Part shown: positions 18,800 to 28,398 of the stretch, one piece after another
How positions within the stretch are numbered: the stretch's first letter is position 1
Layout: each line of letters begins with the position of its first letter
Source of the DNA: an archaeon
GTDB taxonomy: Archaea; EX4484-52; WAPT01
NCBI GenBank assembly: GCA_029258795.1
Contig: JAPDKB010000009.1
Span: 32,001-96,000, forward strand
Length of the DNA: 64,000 bases
Direction of reading: 5' to 3'
Made by a program: the position numbers and the translations under genes
Notes under the pieces: model-generated
The model's database searches: none
Told to the model about the DNA's origin: nothing
The model's input: the letters and a program-made list of their open reading frames with translations, nothing else

Positions 18800-19359
18800 C
18801 CTTCCACAACCTCAACACCAAATTTCTCTTTCATGAATTGGATTGCCTCTTCTCTTTTTATTCTGTGGCTCCTGCCCACCTTCGTTTTTCTTAGCTTCCT
18901 TCTTTTGACCCTAAAACCGGGTCTTTCCAGTTGAATTGCCACATCCATACCAAAAATACCAATGCTGGGATCATATTTTATGCCGGGAATGTCCAGATAT
19001 TCCTTTATTCCAAAATTGACGTTACCTTCATTATCAAAACAGCTCATTCTTAACTTCTTATCCACTGCCTGCAACAGCTTCTCGGCAAGCTCTTCAGCAT
19101 CCTTGCCACGCAGAGTAACTTTAACACCGATCGGCAATCCTCGCCTTATACCAAAAGTTCTGGCCTTTCGTGTGGCTTTCGTCTTCACCGGCTTTTTACC
19201 TGTGAGCTTTTCAAGCAATCTGTATGCTTTTTCCACTTCAGCAACAGGATCCTTCGTGCCTATATTCAGGACTAGCTTACCTATTCTTATTTCCCTCATG
19301 GGATTTGTCTTCGCTTCCTTACCTTTCTGAGCTTGAGTTGTGTTCTCGGCCATCCACAC
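18796..19359 (-). CDS. rpl5: 50S ribosomal protein L5
   Basis: NPMREI, FGIRRG, KVTLRG, YDPSIGIFGMD. Confidence 0.97.
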   Translation of the reverse strand: MWMAENTTQAQKGKEAKTNPMREIRIGKLVLNIGTKDPVAEVEKAYRLLEKLTGKKPVKTKATRKARTFGIRRGLPIGVKVTLRGKDAEELAEKLLQAVDKKLRMSCFDNEGNVNFGIKEYLDIPGIKYDPSIGIFGMDVAIQLERPGFRVKRRKLRKTKVGRSHRIKREEAIQFMKEKFGVEVVEG

Positions 19360-19378
19360 TCACCATCAAAAAGCATGA

Positions 19379-20101
19379 CTAATGTACGGTTATTTCGGGC
19401 GCGTCATCGCCCACCACAAAAACATAATCAGCAAGCGTAGTAACTTTCTTATCACCTACCTTCAGAGTTATTCTGTTGGGGTCAAAACCCTTTATTATCT
19501 CAATCTGCTCCACCTTACCGAGTTCGCCAGCCAACTTACCTCTGTAAATCTGTGCAACCTTTCCAACTTCCATCTTTATGTGCTTGAGGATCTTCTGATC
19601 AGGCAAGCTTATGAGCAGGGAGTCCATGGTTTTGTAAACATCCTCCTTCGGATTGCAGGGATCCTTAACCTTGATAAGTATGTTCCTGCCATCGTGAAGG
19701 TTGAGCTGGATGTGACCGCCCTTAACCACGGTCTTGTTCATTATCCTGCAGAGCTTCATGTTCGCTTCCTTTTCCGGGATTTCGACCAGCACAAACCTCT
19801 CCTTCTTTGGAACGACTCTGTAGTGCTTGCCAGCATCAGGTAGGGATATGACATCCATCACTCCGACTCCAAAGCGGTCATCCTTGCGCACAACACCATC
19901 CACAACAACCTTTCCGGCAGCCACAATTTTCTTGGCTTCTCTTGCGTTTCTTGCGTAACCGAGCATGTCTCGCAACACTATTCTTAAAGGTATTGCTCTA
20001 TCATGCGGATGTCCGCCCCCCTTCACAACAGGAGCAAATTTGCTAACCTTGACTGGTATGCTGTAAACCTTTGGTGCAGCATATCTTTTTAGATGTGCCA
20101 T
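19379..20101 (-). CDS. rps4e: 30S ribosomal protein S4e
   Basis: HLKRYAAP, VDGVVRKD, QLNLHDGRN. Confidence 0.97.
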   Translation of the reverse strand: MAHLKRYAAPKVYSIPVKVSKFAPVVKGGGHPHDRAIPLRIVLRDMLGYARNAREAKKIVAAGKVVVDGVVRKDDRFGVGVMDVISLPDAGKHYRVVPKKERFVLVEIPEKEANMKLCRIMNKTVVKGGHIQLNLHDGRNILIKVKDPCNPKEDVYKTMDSLLISLPDQKILKHIKMEVGKVAQIYRGKLAGELGKVEQIEIIKGFDPNRITLKVGDKKVTTLADYVFVVGDDAPEITVH

Positions 20102-20520
20102 CAGCTGCTCACCTCTTCTTTAGCAGATTCACCACTTTTTCTTGCAATCTTTTTAATTCTTTTCTCATCTTCCGTGTTCAACTCCACGATCTGAAGGTTG
20201 GATGGGTGGAGGGGTACAAGCACCTCACTACCATCCGTCTTCTTCCTCTTGACATTTTCAACATAAACGCGTCCTTTCTTTAGATTAACTCTTGTAACCT
20301 TACCCTCAACACCCTTAAATGAACCCCTCAACACCCGTACGACATCTCCTGTTCTTACAACAACATTTCTCCTTCCGTATTTCTTTCGTAGCTCTTTTGA
20401 GAGGTTGACTGAGAGGAATTTCCTCCTTATGTGGAGAGGAGCATTAGCTATGTATTTCCTCTGTTTTCTCGGGCTTTTGCTGCGCACCCAGTTCCTTGAA
20501 AACTTGACCTTCATAACCAT
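20101..20520 (-). CDS. rpl24: 50S ribosomal protein L24
   Basis: [26 protein letters not shown]. Confidence 0.97.
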   Translation of the reverse strand: MVMKVKFSRNWVRSKSPRKQRKYIANAPLHIRRKFLSVNLSKELRKKYGRRNVVVRTGDVVRVLRGSFKGVEGKVTRVNLKKGRVYVENVKRKKTDGSEVLVPLHPSNLQIVELNTEDEKRIKKIARKSGESAKEEVSS

Positions 20521-20528
20521 TCACCCCT

Positions 20529-20936
20529 TCACATCACTATGCTTGCTATTTTACCCACAGCCGGAAACCTTTCCACCGCCTCTTTTGCTACAACACCCTT
20601 TATTTCCCTTCCTCTTGGCTCCATCCTTTCATTTATGAGCACCGCAGCATTATCCTCAAAACAGACAAACATACCGTTTCTTCTCCTGTATTTTCTTCTC
20701 TGCCTGACCACCACCGCATGCACAACTTCATTCCTTATCTTTTCATTACCCTTTATAACGGTGCAGATCACAACATCTCCCACTCCTGCTCTTGCAATCC
20801 TCCTTCTCGTGCCTTTGTAACCCTTGACACCTATCACTTTGAGTAGCTTAGCTCCAGTATTATCTATACATTTCAGTACTGTACCTATCTGCACGGCTTT
20901 TATCGGTTTGACGCTTATGGCTTTCATATGCGGCAC
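20529..20936 (-). CDS. rpl14: 50S ribosomal protein L14
   Basis: DNTGAK, AVVVRQR, FEDNAAV. Confidence 0.97.
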   Translation of the reverse strand: MPHMKAISVKPIKAVQIGTVLKCIDNTGAKLLKVIGVKGYKGTRRRIARAGVGDVVICTVIKGNEKIRNEVVHAVVVRQRRKYRRRNGMFVCFEDNAAVLINERMEPRGREIKGVVAKEAVERFPAVGKIASIVM

Positions 20937-20939
20937 CCG

Positions 20940-21356
20940 TTACGCTTCTTTCACCACTTCTATCACAACAAAGCTCTTGGTTTTGCTTAGCGGCTTACAC
21001 TCCGCAATTCTAACGATATCTCCTTCTTTAGCGTTTATGCATGGCGGGTTGTGTGCAGCCACTTTCGTTCTGCAGCGCATGTATCTCTTCAGCTTTTTGA
21101 TTTTTCTCAAGTATTCCCAACCAACAACAACTGTCTTATCCATTTTGGCTGAAAGCACCACACCCTGAAAAATCTTACCCCTTATCTTGAGGTGACCATG
21201 ATAAGGACATTTTTCATCATTACAAACCTTCTTTGGCGGGTTTTTAACCTCAATACCTATATCCCTTATTTTTATTTTCACTTCTTTTTTCTTCTCAGCA
21301 GTCTTCTTACCACTACTTTCGCTCTTCTTTCCTTTTTGGGCTGTTTTCTCAGCCAT
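20940..21356 (-). CDS. rps17: 30S ribosomal protein S17 with a charged N-terminal extension
   Basis: CPYHG, KMDKTVVV, ECKPLSKTKSF. Confidence 0.97.
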   Translation of the reverse strand: MAEKTAQKGKKSESSGKKTAEKKKEVKIKIRDIGIEVKNPPKKVCNDEKCPYHGHLKIRGKIFQGVVLSAKMDKTVVVGWEYLRKIKKLKRYMRCRTKVAAHNPPCINAKEGDIVRIAECKPLSKTKSFVVIEVVKEA

Positions 21357-21654
21357 TCAATCCACCCCATATTTTTCGTGGAAACCTTTTCTTTATCCTA
21401 TCTTCGGGCCTGCCCTGAATCACCTTACCATCCACTTCCACCACGCTCCCATCCGGAAGCGTGAAGTGGAACACACAGTTCTTCTTTTCAACCCTGATCT
21501 CCCTGCCATCTCGCTTTCTTATCACAAGCGTGTTTTTCGTTTCATTTATGACTTGCCCTTCAACCCCCACAAGCGTGGGGTCACTGCTTTTTACTATTTT
21601 AACATCGAGGCCTATGAGCTCATGCCTGACGAGGTTCTCTGGCTTTATTGGCAT
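21349..21654 (-). CDS. rnp1: RNase P protein subunit Rpp29
   Basis: HELIGL, G.V..ETKNTL, RPEDRIK. Confidence 0.95.
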   Translation of the reverse strand: MPIKPENLVRHELIGLDVKIVKSSDPTLVGVEGQVINETKNTLVIRKRDGREIRVEKKNCVFHFTLPDGSVVEVDGKVIQGRPEDRIKKRFPRKIWGGLNG

Positions 21655-21658
21655 CGGC

Positions 21659-21964
21659 TCACTCCACTATCGAGCTTTCCGGAAAGCCCTCCTCGATGAG
21701 CATCTTTTTGACCTTCAGGCGATGATCTCCCTGCAGTTCTATCTTACCGTCCTTGTAGGTACCACCACATGCAAGTTTTTTCTTGAACTTCTTGAGCAGT
21801 GATTTGATGTCTATGCTCTTTTCATCAAGCCCTTCTATAATCGTTATGGTTTTGCCGAATTTCCTCTTTTCCACATAAATTTTAATTTTCTGCTTTTCCC
21901 TCGCTATGGTTTCGCAGATGCACAGGTCTTTTGGAAGACCACAAACATTACATATCTCCGTCAT
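21659..21964 (-). CDS. Translation initiation factor SUI1 / aIF1
   Basis: [25 protein letters not shown]. Confidence 0.96.
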   Translation of the reverse strand: MTEICNVCGLPKDLCICETIAREKQKIKIYVEKRKFGKTITIIEGLDEKSIDIKSLLKKFKKKLACGGTYKDGKIELQGDHRLKVKKMLIEEGFPESSIVE

Positions 21965-22179
21965 TTCTTACTAAGCACCTCTTTTTCCCTTTTTATGGTC
22001 AATATCCTTGCTATAGTTCTTTTTATCTCTCTGACCTTACCTGGATTGTCCGGCACGCCTCCCACCTTTGCCTTTGCTCTTTCTTTCATCAGCTCCATTC
22101 TCAAATCTGCGAGTTTCTTCTCAAGTTCTTCGTCACTCATGTCTCTTATCTGTGTTGCCTTGAGTATTGCCATGATCAT
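21961..22179 (-). CDS. rpl29: 50S ribosomal protein L29
   Basis: [26 protein letters not shown]. Confidence 0.96.
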   Translation of the reverse strand: MIMAILKATQIRDMSDEELEKKLADLRMELMKERAKAKVGGVPDNPGKVREIKRTIARILTIKREKEVLSKK

Positions 22180-23066
22180 TCACCACTTTTCTTTTCCTCA
22201 TTTTTCTTCACAGAGCCCGAAGCATCAGCATCGGATTTCTTTCCCTTATCCATACCTTCCTTTTTCTTGACCTCTTTCTTCCTCTCATCACCCTTCTTCT
22301 CAGCCGTCTTCTTTTCCGCTTTTTTTGCCTTCTCCTTTACAGCGTTCTTCTCATCACTCCCTTCCTTTGTTTCCTCAACCTTTTCCTCCTCCTTCTCAGC
22401 TTCCTCCTCTTCCTTATCCTCTTCTTTCTTTACCGCGAACTTCTTAATGATGTCCTCACTTATTTCTACTTCTCCCCGCGCAACTCTCTTTTCAAGTTCC
22501 ATCTCAGGAGGCATAAAAGGCATTATTTCGACCTTTACTCCGATAACTCCCGGCTTGAGCACGGCTTGTTCCTTCGCAACATCCACGTATTCCTGAGCTG
22601 GATGTCCGCATTTCATGACATAACCAGCAACATACTTTTCTGTTCTGTGTCTCTCTCCCGTGAGCTTCCCGCTTACATCTATTTCAACACCAACCGCTCC
22701 AGCTTCCATGATCCTGTTGAGATACATGGTGACTACGCGCTTATAGTGCAAGCCCCTTTCAAGAGCGAATTTTATGCGTTTGGCAACCACCTTTGCATCA
22801 AGATAAGGATTATCAACACCTTTAACCTCTATCTGCGGGTTCTCTATGCCAAACTCCTCCTTCATTTTTTCCTGAATCTTGGCTATTCTTTCTCCACCCC
22901 TACCTATGACAAGTGCGGGTCTTCCAGCATATATAACTATTCTGGTTGCCAGAGGAGTCCTCTTAATCTCACACCGGCTGTACTCCGCTCTATCCAGCTC
23001 TTTATCCAAAAATTCAGCTATCTTCATGTTCACTATTCCTTCCTGAACGAACTTTCTCTCTATCAT
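22176..23066 (-). CDS. rps3: 30S ribosomal protein S3 with a long Lys/Glu tail
   Basis: KH domain VIGRGG, GAVGVE, GVIGVKV. Confidence 0.97.
   Translation of the reverse strand: MIERKFVQEGIVNMKIAEFLDKELDRAEYSRCEIKRTPLATRIVIYAGRPALVIGRGGERIAKIQEKMKEEFGIENPQIEVKGVDNPYLDAKVVAKRIKFALERGLHYKRVVTMYLNRIMEAGAVGVEIDVSGKLTGERHRTEKYVAGYVMKCGHPAQEYVDVAKEQAVLKPGVIGVKVEIMPFMPPEMELEKRVARGEVEISEDIIKKFAVKKEEDKEEEEAEKEEEKVEETKEGSDEKNAVKEKAKKAEKKTAEKKGDERKKEVKKKEGMDKGKKSDADASGSVKKNEEKKSGE
22257..22352. repeat. Copy 2 of the 96-bp repeat shared by the rpl32e and rps3 tails
   Basis: 92/96 identical to 16983-17078. Confidence 0.9.
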
Positions 23067-23073
23067 CCTTCCT

Positions 23074-23505
23074 TCACCTTTGCTCCAAAACTACTGAGAT
23101 GTGCACGCTCTTTCTTTTCTGCCCTCTGAGGGGTGAGCGCCTTGGCCTGTAAAATGTGGGGGCTTTCATCACCAAAAATGATTTGATGAAGAGCTTTGAA
23201 ACATCAAGTCCCTGATTCTCAGCGTTTTTCACAGCACTGTTGATGAGATCAAGTATTTCCTTTGCAGCGTTAACTGGATACCTTCCAGCCCCGATACCTG
23301 GCTTGTGAGCCACATCTCTGTTGAACCTGCCGAATGGCACAGCTCTCTTCATCTCAATGACATCCTGAAGGAAGCGCCTTGCTTTCTCAACGTTCATTCC
23401 CTTTATAGCTTTTCCTATTTCCACAGAGGCTTTCCATGAAATCCTTACATACCTTTTGCATGCTCTTGCCATTCTTGAAGGATCGTAATCCTGCACGTTA
23501 TACAT
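23074..23505 (-). CDS. rpl22: 50S ribosomal protein L22
   Basis: ISWKASVEI, GRYPVNAA, NAENQGL. Confidence 0.96.
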   Translation of the reverse strand: MYNVQDYDPSRMARACKRYVRISWKASVEIGKAIKGMNVEKARRFLQDVIEMKRAVPFGRFNRDVAHKPGIGAGRYPVNAAKEILDLINSAVKNAENQGLDVSKLFIKSFLVMKAPTFYRPRRSPLRGQKRKSVHISVVLEQR

Positions 23506-23517
23506 CTCGGCTCACCT

Positions 23518-23907
23518 TCACTTCCTACCTACGTGCTTTGTTGATTTGGATGCACCTATACCTGGACCGCTGTGCTGCACGGGCTTTCTGGTTAGAGCAA
23601 ATTCTCCCAACCTGTGCCCTATCATTTCAGCGGTTATGGTGACGGGCACAAACTCTTTACCATTGTGGACGCCTATAGTGCGCCCCACCATTTCGGGCAG
23701 GATGATCATGTCTCTGCAGTGAGTTTTTATGAACTTGTCCTTGGAGGTTTTCCTTATTTTTTGAAGCAGCTTCTTCTCAGCTTCAGTGAGCCCTCTCTTC
23801 AAGTGTCTCCTAGCCCTTGCTGTCAGTAATTCAGCTAACTCTTCCAAGCTCATCTTCTGCAATTCTTCAAGCGTGTAACCTCTGAACCTGAACTCCTTTC
23901 GAGCCAT
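23518..23907 (-). CDS. rps19: 30S ribosomal protein S19
   Basis: [23 protein letters not shown]. Confidence 0.97.
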   Translation of the reverse strand: MARKEFRFRGYTLEELQKMSLEELAELLTARARRHLKRGLTEAEKKLLQKIRKTSKDKFIKTHCRDMIILPEMVGRTIGVHNGKEFVPVTITAEMIGHRLGEFALTRKPVQHSGPGIGASKSTKHVGRK

Positions 23908-23914
23908 TTACCAT

Positions 23915-24628
23915 TCACCTCTTCCTTCTACCGGTTCTTCTCGCGGCTATGCTACCCACCTTTCTGCCGGGCGGTGCACGCCTGCTAACAGTTTTGGGCA
24001 CACCAAAGCTCTTACCACCGAACTTGTGATCACATGCGTTCATGGCTTTAGCCCTCGTTCTCGGGTACTTCTTACCTCTCGCATGCATCGCGTGCCACTT
24101 ATTGCCAGCTTTCACAAATGGCTTTTTCGGCCTCTCTCCACCTGCAACTATACCTATTGTGGCTCTGCAGTTCGGATTGAGCCCCTTGGTTTTTCTTGAT
24201 GGGAATTGCACTGTGACTTTATCAACATCTCTTGAAAGGACTATGGCATAACCACCGCTTGCCCTCACGAGCTTTCCACCATCGCCAGGAACAACCTCTA
24301 TGTTAAACACGGGTGTACCTTCAGGTATGTCTTTAAGGGGCAGCACATTCCCTATCTTTAGCTGTGCTCCCTCTCCAACTTCCACAACGTCTCCCGTCTT
24401 CACACCTTCACTTGCAATGAAATACCATTTCTCACTCGTGCCATCGAATTTAACGAGTGCAAGAGGAGCTGTTCTGCCTGGATCATCCACTATATCTATT
24501 ATCTTACCTTTAAGGTTGCCCTTCTGAAGGGGAGGATATTTAACATCAGCAACGTAGTTGAAGCTTGGCACTAAGTAGGTTTTGGATACGCCCCTTCCAC
24601 GGCGCTGAGCGATTATTCTTGTACCCAT
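23915..24628 (-). CDS. rpl2: 50S ribosomal protein L2
   Basis: QRRGRG, DPGRTAP, AMNACDHKFGG, PPGRKVG. Confidence 0.98.
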   Translation of the reverse strand: MGTRIIAQRRGRGVSKTYLVPSFNYVADVKYPPLQKGNLKGKIIDIVDDPGRTAPLALVKFDGTSEKWYFIASEGVKTGDVVEVGEGAQLKIGNVLPLKDIPEGTPVFNIEVVPGDGGKLVRASGGYAIVLSRDVDKVTVQFPSRKTKGLNPNCRATIGIVAGGERPKKPFVKAGNKWHAMHARGKKYPRTRAKAMNACDHKFGGKSFGVPKTVSRRAPPGRKVGSIAARRTGRRKR

Positions 24629-24643
24629 ACATCACCACCATCA

Positions 24644-24922
24644 TCAGATTATGCCTAATTTAGCAGCTATGTCTGTAGCATTGTAATCCTTGCTTACGGC
24701 TATGTATGCCTTCTTCCTGCCCTTCGCATCTATCAACGTTCTAACCTTTCTGACCTTAACCTTAAACATGTTTTCAAAAGCTTTCTTTATCTTTTCCTTG
24801 TTAGCTCTTCTATCCACTATAAATGTTATGGTGTTCTCCCTCTCTATGAGAGAGATTGCCTTTTCTGTAAGCACGGGATAAAGCAACACTTCAAATGGGT
24901 CGTTAACCTTAACTTCAGCCAT
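24644..24922 (-). CDS. rpl23: 50S ribosomal protein L23
   Basis: PVLTEKA, NTITFIVD, KKAYI. Confidence 0.97.
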   Translation of the reverse strand: MAEVKVNDPFEVLLYPVLTEKAISLIERENTITFIVDRRANKEKIKKAFENMFKVKVRKVRTLIDAKGRKKAYIAVSKDYNATDIAAKLGII

Positions 24923-24923
24923 T

Positions 24924-25751
24924 TCAGCTCACCGCGAAAAGCTTTTTCTCCTCCAGCTCTTTTATGGCATTCTCACTCCAGATGCTCAACCTTCCTGCAT
25001 GACCACCCGGAGCCAGCATCTCCACGTTGAGATCCTTCACAAGGCAGACATCAACACCGGGTATGTTTCTTGCTGCCTTGAATATTCCATCATCCTTACT
25101 CACCACTATGAGGGGGCCTTTCCTCTTCTTGTATCTCCTTCCTCTCATCTTACCCTTTCCGGCCCTGTATCTTTTCTCGCGCACCCTTTCCAGCTCTTCC
25201 TCCAGACCCAGCTTTTTGAGCAGGTTTTCAAGCTCTTTTGTCTTCTTCACACTTTCAAGCTCGCTAACAACGACTATTGGTAGCTTTTCAACTTTATCCG
25301 CTCTGTGTCCTCTCTTAAGCACGAGGGTTTTCCTTGCAAGAGCGGCTATGGCAGCAAGTATAGCTTTCCTCCTCTCCTTCTTGTTTATCTTCTGCTCCCA
25401 CTTCTTCTCAGCTTTTGGTGGATGAGCTTTCCTACCCTTGACAGCATGTGGCACAAACCTCACAACTCCGGTCATGTGGCCTGAACCAACTCTTATGCGT
25501 GGCAGCCTCGCTATACCTCTGTTTATCCAGGCCCCGTAAGCGCCTCTTCTTCCTCTGTAATCAGCACTAGTTCTCTTTCCTGCCAGAGGATCAGCTCCAT
25601 AGGGCTGCCTCCTGTGGCTCATGATGGCAAGGAAAGCTCTGATTATGAGATCATGCCTTACCTCCTCGCTGAAGTGCTCGGGGAGAGTGATCTCGCCCTT
25701 CTTGCTTCCGTCCAGACCATAAACAGGAACTTTCAACTCAGCCATAGCCAT
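24924..25751 (-). CDS. rpl4: 50S ribosomal protein L4
   Basis: AGKRTSA, RAGKGKMRGRRY, LAPGGHAGRL. Confidence 0.97.
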   Translation of the reverse strand: MAMAELKVPVYGLDGSKKGEITLPEHFSEEVRHDLIIRAFLAIMSHRRQPYGADPLAGKRTSADYRGRRGAYGAWINRGIARLPRIRVGSGHMTGVVRFVPHAVKGRKAHPPKAEKKWEQKINKKERRKAILAAIAALARKTLVLKRGHRADKVEKLPIVVVSELESVKKTKELENLLKKLGLEEELERVREKRYRAGKGKMRGRRYKKRKGPLIVVSKDDGIFKAARNIPGVDVCLVKDLNVEMLAPGGHAGRLSIWSENAIKELEEKKLFAVS

Positions 25752-25752
25752 T

Positions 25753-26766
25753 TCACCATATCAGCTGCTTGATCTCGGGAGGTTCTGTTGGGGGCTCATG
25801 AGACCTTATAGCATATCTTATCCTCACCAATCTCTTTGATGGCCCAGGAACAGAACCATGGATAATTATATAATCTGATTTCACAACACCATAGTGTTTC
25901 CAGCCACCGGGTCTTGCAACACGGGAAGCGTCATTTCCAACCTCCATAATCCACTTGTTGTACTCGGTCCTTGTGTGATACCCCATCTGACCCATCTGAG
26001 GAACGGTCCACATAGTTCTTGCAGGGTGCCATGGACCGAGAGTTCCAGCTTTTCTCCTTACCTTCCTTGCCTTGTGGTGCAGAAGCTTCACACCAAATCT
26101 CTTTACGGAGCCCTGGAATCCCTTACCCTTGGTAACGGCCGTGACATCAACAAAAACACCGGGAGAAAAGACATCGGAAATGCGAAGTTCCTTGCCGAGA
26201 AGGGAGGAAACCTCATCGAGAACAGCAGAAAGGGAATCAGAAGCAGAATCGGAAGAAGCGTCGTTTACCCAGTTTGTGGGGAAATAGTGAATCTCAAAGA
26301 TCTCAGGTGTCTTCTTTCCTATTCCTGCAAGCTTCGGCTGCGTTGCAACAATCAGCTTAACCTTATCAAAACCATTTTTGACCTTATCAAGCACAGCATT
26401 TTTATCCTTGTTCGGCTTTATTCCGGTTATTTTTCGTGCAACCTCCTTGTCTATCTTCTCACTCCACAGTTCTGTTATTGCTTCGTATCCATATGGTGTC
26501 TTTTTATAGAAGCGAGCAGCAAGAACCTTGAGAGGTGGTGTTTCTATCAGGGTTGCGGGCTCCACAATTTCCTTGTTCTTGAACATACCCTCCCTTTTTT
26601 CTATGTAATCAACCTGAAGCATCCCTACTTTGTATCCGGCAAATTCCACCACATTCTTGCCATCAACAGCAGGAACATGCCTGACTCTAGCATAAATGCG
26701 CTTAGCCCTAACTCTGGGGGAAAACTGCAATGATCCTCTCCTCGGGTGGTAATAGCTCATTTCCAC
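25753..26766 (-). CDS. rpl3: 50S ribosomal protein L3
   Basis: PRRGSL, AGYKVGM, TKGKGFQG, GQMGYHTRTEYNK. Confidence 0.98.
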   Translation of the reverse strand: MEMSYYHPRRGSLQFSPRVRAKRIYARVRHVPAVDGKNVVEFAGYKVGMLQVDYIEKREGMFKNKEIVEPATLIETPPLKVLAARFYKKTPYGYEAITELWSEKIDKEVARKITGIKPNKDKNAVLDKVKNGFDKVKLIVATQPKLAGIGKKTPEIFEIHYFPTNWVNDASSDSASDSLSAVLDEVSSLLGKELRISDVFSPGVFVDVTAVTKGKGFQGSVKRFGVKLLHHKARKVRRKAGTLGPWHPARTMWTVPQMGQMGYHTRTEYNKWIMEVGNDASRVARPGGWKHYGVVKSDYIIIHGSVPGPSKRLVRIRYAIRSHEPPTEPPEIKQLIW

Positions 26767-27003
26767 ACACCACGCAGCATATTCATGGCTCGTAGCTTGT
26801 GTTCACAAGATTTGTAATCATGAAAATGATAACATTTAAATATTTTGGTGATATCTGGCTGGAGGCAACAACCTATACATACCCTCATACAAAAAAAGCG
26901 ACAGCTTTTAATCAAACACCAAAATTTTTAAACGTTGTTATTCTCGCCTTCACGACTTTAAAGAAAAAATATTTTTAAAGTAGCGTCGGCAATAAAATAC
27001 CCA

Positions 27004-27603
27004 ATGACTGAAAAACTCAGCGAAAAGGTGAAGAAATTCCTTGTAGTGAAAAAGAAAGTAAAACTGGAGGAAATATCCAGCTATAAAACTCAGATTCTCA
27101 TAATAGGGTCAACGATTTCCTTCCTTCTCGGAGGTTTTGACCTCTTACTTCCTTTTCTTCTTGCATGGTTTTCATACTTTATATTTGAGAGTTACGCATG
27201 GGAATTTGGTTTGGATAATCTTGGGGTGGAGCTCATAACACTGGCATGTGTGCTCGTGGGGATGAAATTCGAACCAGCATTTTCCTTCATTTACGCGTAT
27301 GTTACAATAGGCACAATGTCATCCATAGCAAAGTTTGTTGATCCCGACTCCGATGAGATATCAAATCCATTCGGAAGCTATGCTTTTGGGTATGGTGTTG
27401 CTGCGCTTTCAGCATCTTATCTAGCAGGCAACCTACCTTTCCCAGAACTTCTGGTTGCTTCTGCCATACTTGCCAATCTCGCGAGATTTGCTTTTGACCT
27501 CTTGGTTTACAGAAGTATTGATGATATTATATGGAGGGTGGGTAATATTTTCTTTAACTGCATTATTGCAATGTTCTTTTCATTTCTCAGCATGGTTATC
27601 TAG
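27004..27603 (+). CDS. Hypothetical multi-pass membrane protein
   Basis: About 6 hydrophobic segments. Confidence 0.7.
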   Translation: MTEKLSEKVKKFLVVKKKVKLEEISSYKTQILIIGSTISFLLGGFDLLLPFLLAWFSYFIFESYAWEFGLDNLGVELITLACVLVGMKFEPAFSFIYAYVTIGTMSSIAKFVDPDSDEISNPFGSYAFGYGVAALSASYLAGNLPFPELLVASAILANLARFAFDLLVYRSIDDIIWRVGNIFFNCIIAMFFSFLSMVI

Positions 27604-28080
27604 GGTTTTTCGCAATCTTGTGTAGATGGGCGTGTATTTTCGTTTCTCGTAAAATCTGATCGAGTTGTGATTTCCAACGTAAGCGTCAAGCTCAACAATT
27701 TTGATGTCCATCTCATGCGCTTTCTTCTCGGCTGCTGAAAGCAATGCACTCCCCACCCCTTTGGAACGCCACTCTTCAACCACATAGATATTATCTACAT
27801 ACAACACCTTTTCCCGCCTATAGATTCCAGCATAAGTTATGACTCTCCCGCTCACCACACCGATAATCTTCCCATCCTCACTCTCAGCCACGAGCAACAA
27901 TTTCGTACCCTTTTTCATACCTCTAATACAAGAGTTAACGTAGTTCTTCAGGCTACCCTCACAATCATCTCCACTTTTGAGAAGGGGATCGTAATACCTC
28001 TCCTCTTCCTGCATCAGCTTGAAAAGTCGCAGTATATGGTCCGAGTCATCATCTTCGGCTTCCCTTATTTCCGCATGCAT
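27580..28080 (-). CDS. GNAT-family N-acetyltransferase
   Basis: IYVVEEWRSKGVGSALL motif A, N..SIRFYEK. Confidence 0.92.
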   Translation of the reverse strand: MHAEIREAEDDDSDHILRLFKLMQEEERYYDPLLKSGDDCEGSLKNYVNSCIRGMKKGTKLLLVAESEDGKIIGVVSGRVITYAGIYRREKVLYVDNIYVVEEWRSKGVGSALLSAAEKKAHEMDIKIVELDAYVGNHNSIRFYEKRKYTPIYTRLRKTLDNHAEK

Positions 28081-28110
28081 GAAGGGATCACACCATCAAA
28101 CAAAAATCTA

Positions 28111-28228
28111 TGGGCCGGCCAGGATTTTCAGCTGCGGAGTTCCAGCATATTCAGCTTTGCTCCGCAGCAATCGAACCTGGGACCTCTCCCGCGTCAGGGG
28201 AGCGTCATAACCCCTAGACCACCGGCCC
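28111..28228 (-). tRNA. tRNA-Val(GAC) with a 45-nt T-loop intron, CCA not encoded
   Basis: GGGCCGG/CCGGCCC acceptor, CTCCC-CTGACGC-GGGAG. Confidence 0.95.
28125..28169 (-). other. tRNA intron at 59/60 (BHB)
   Basis: CCAGG-TTCG-[ATT]-GCTGCGGAG...CTCCGCAGC-TGAA-[AAT]-CCTGG. Confidence 0.9.
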
Positions 28229-28398
28229 GTGAAATGCAAAAATGATTGGTGGAATAATTTTTTAACTTTTTGGAGCTGCACGGAATTGAAAGAAATATGT
28301 GAAAATAATAAGGTTGTATTTCGAAATTTCATTACTTCGATCTAATTAATCATCATGTGATGATAAAATTTAAAAAATTAAAGTATAAATATAATTGC

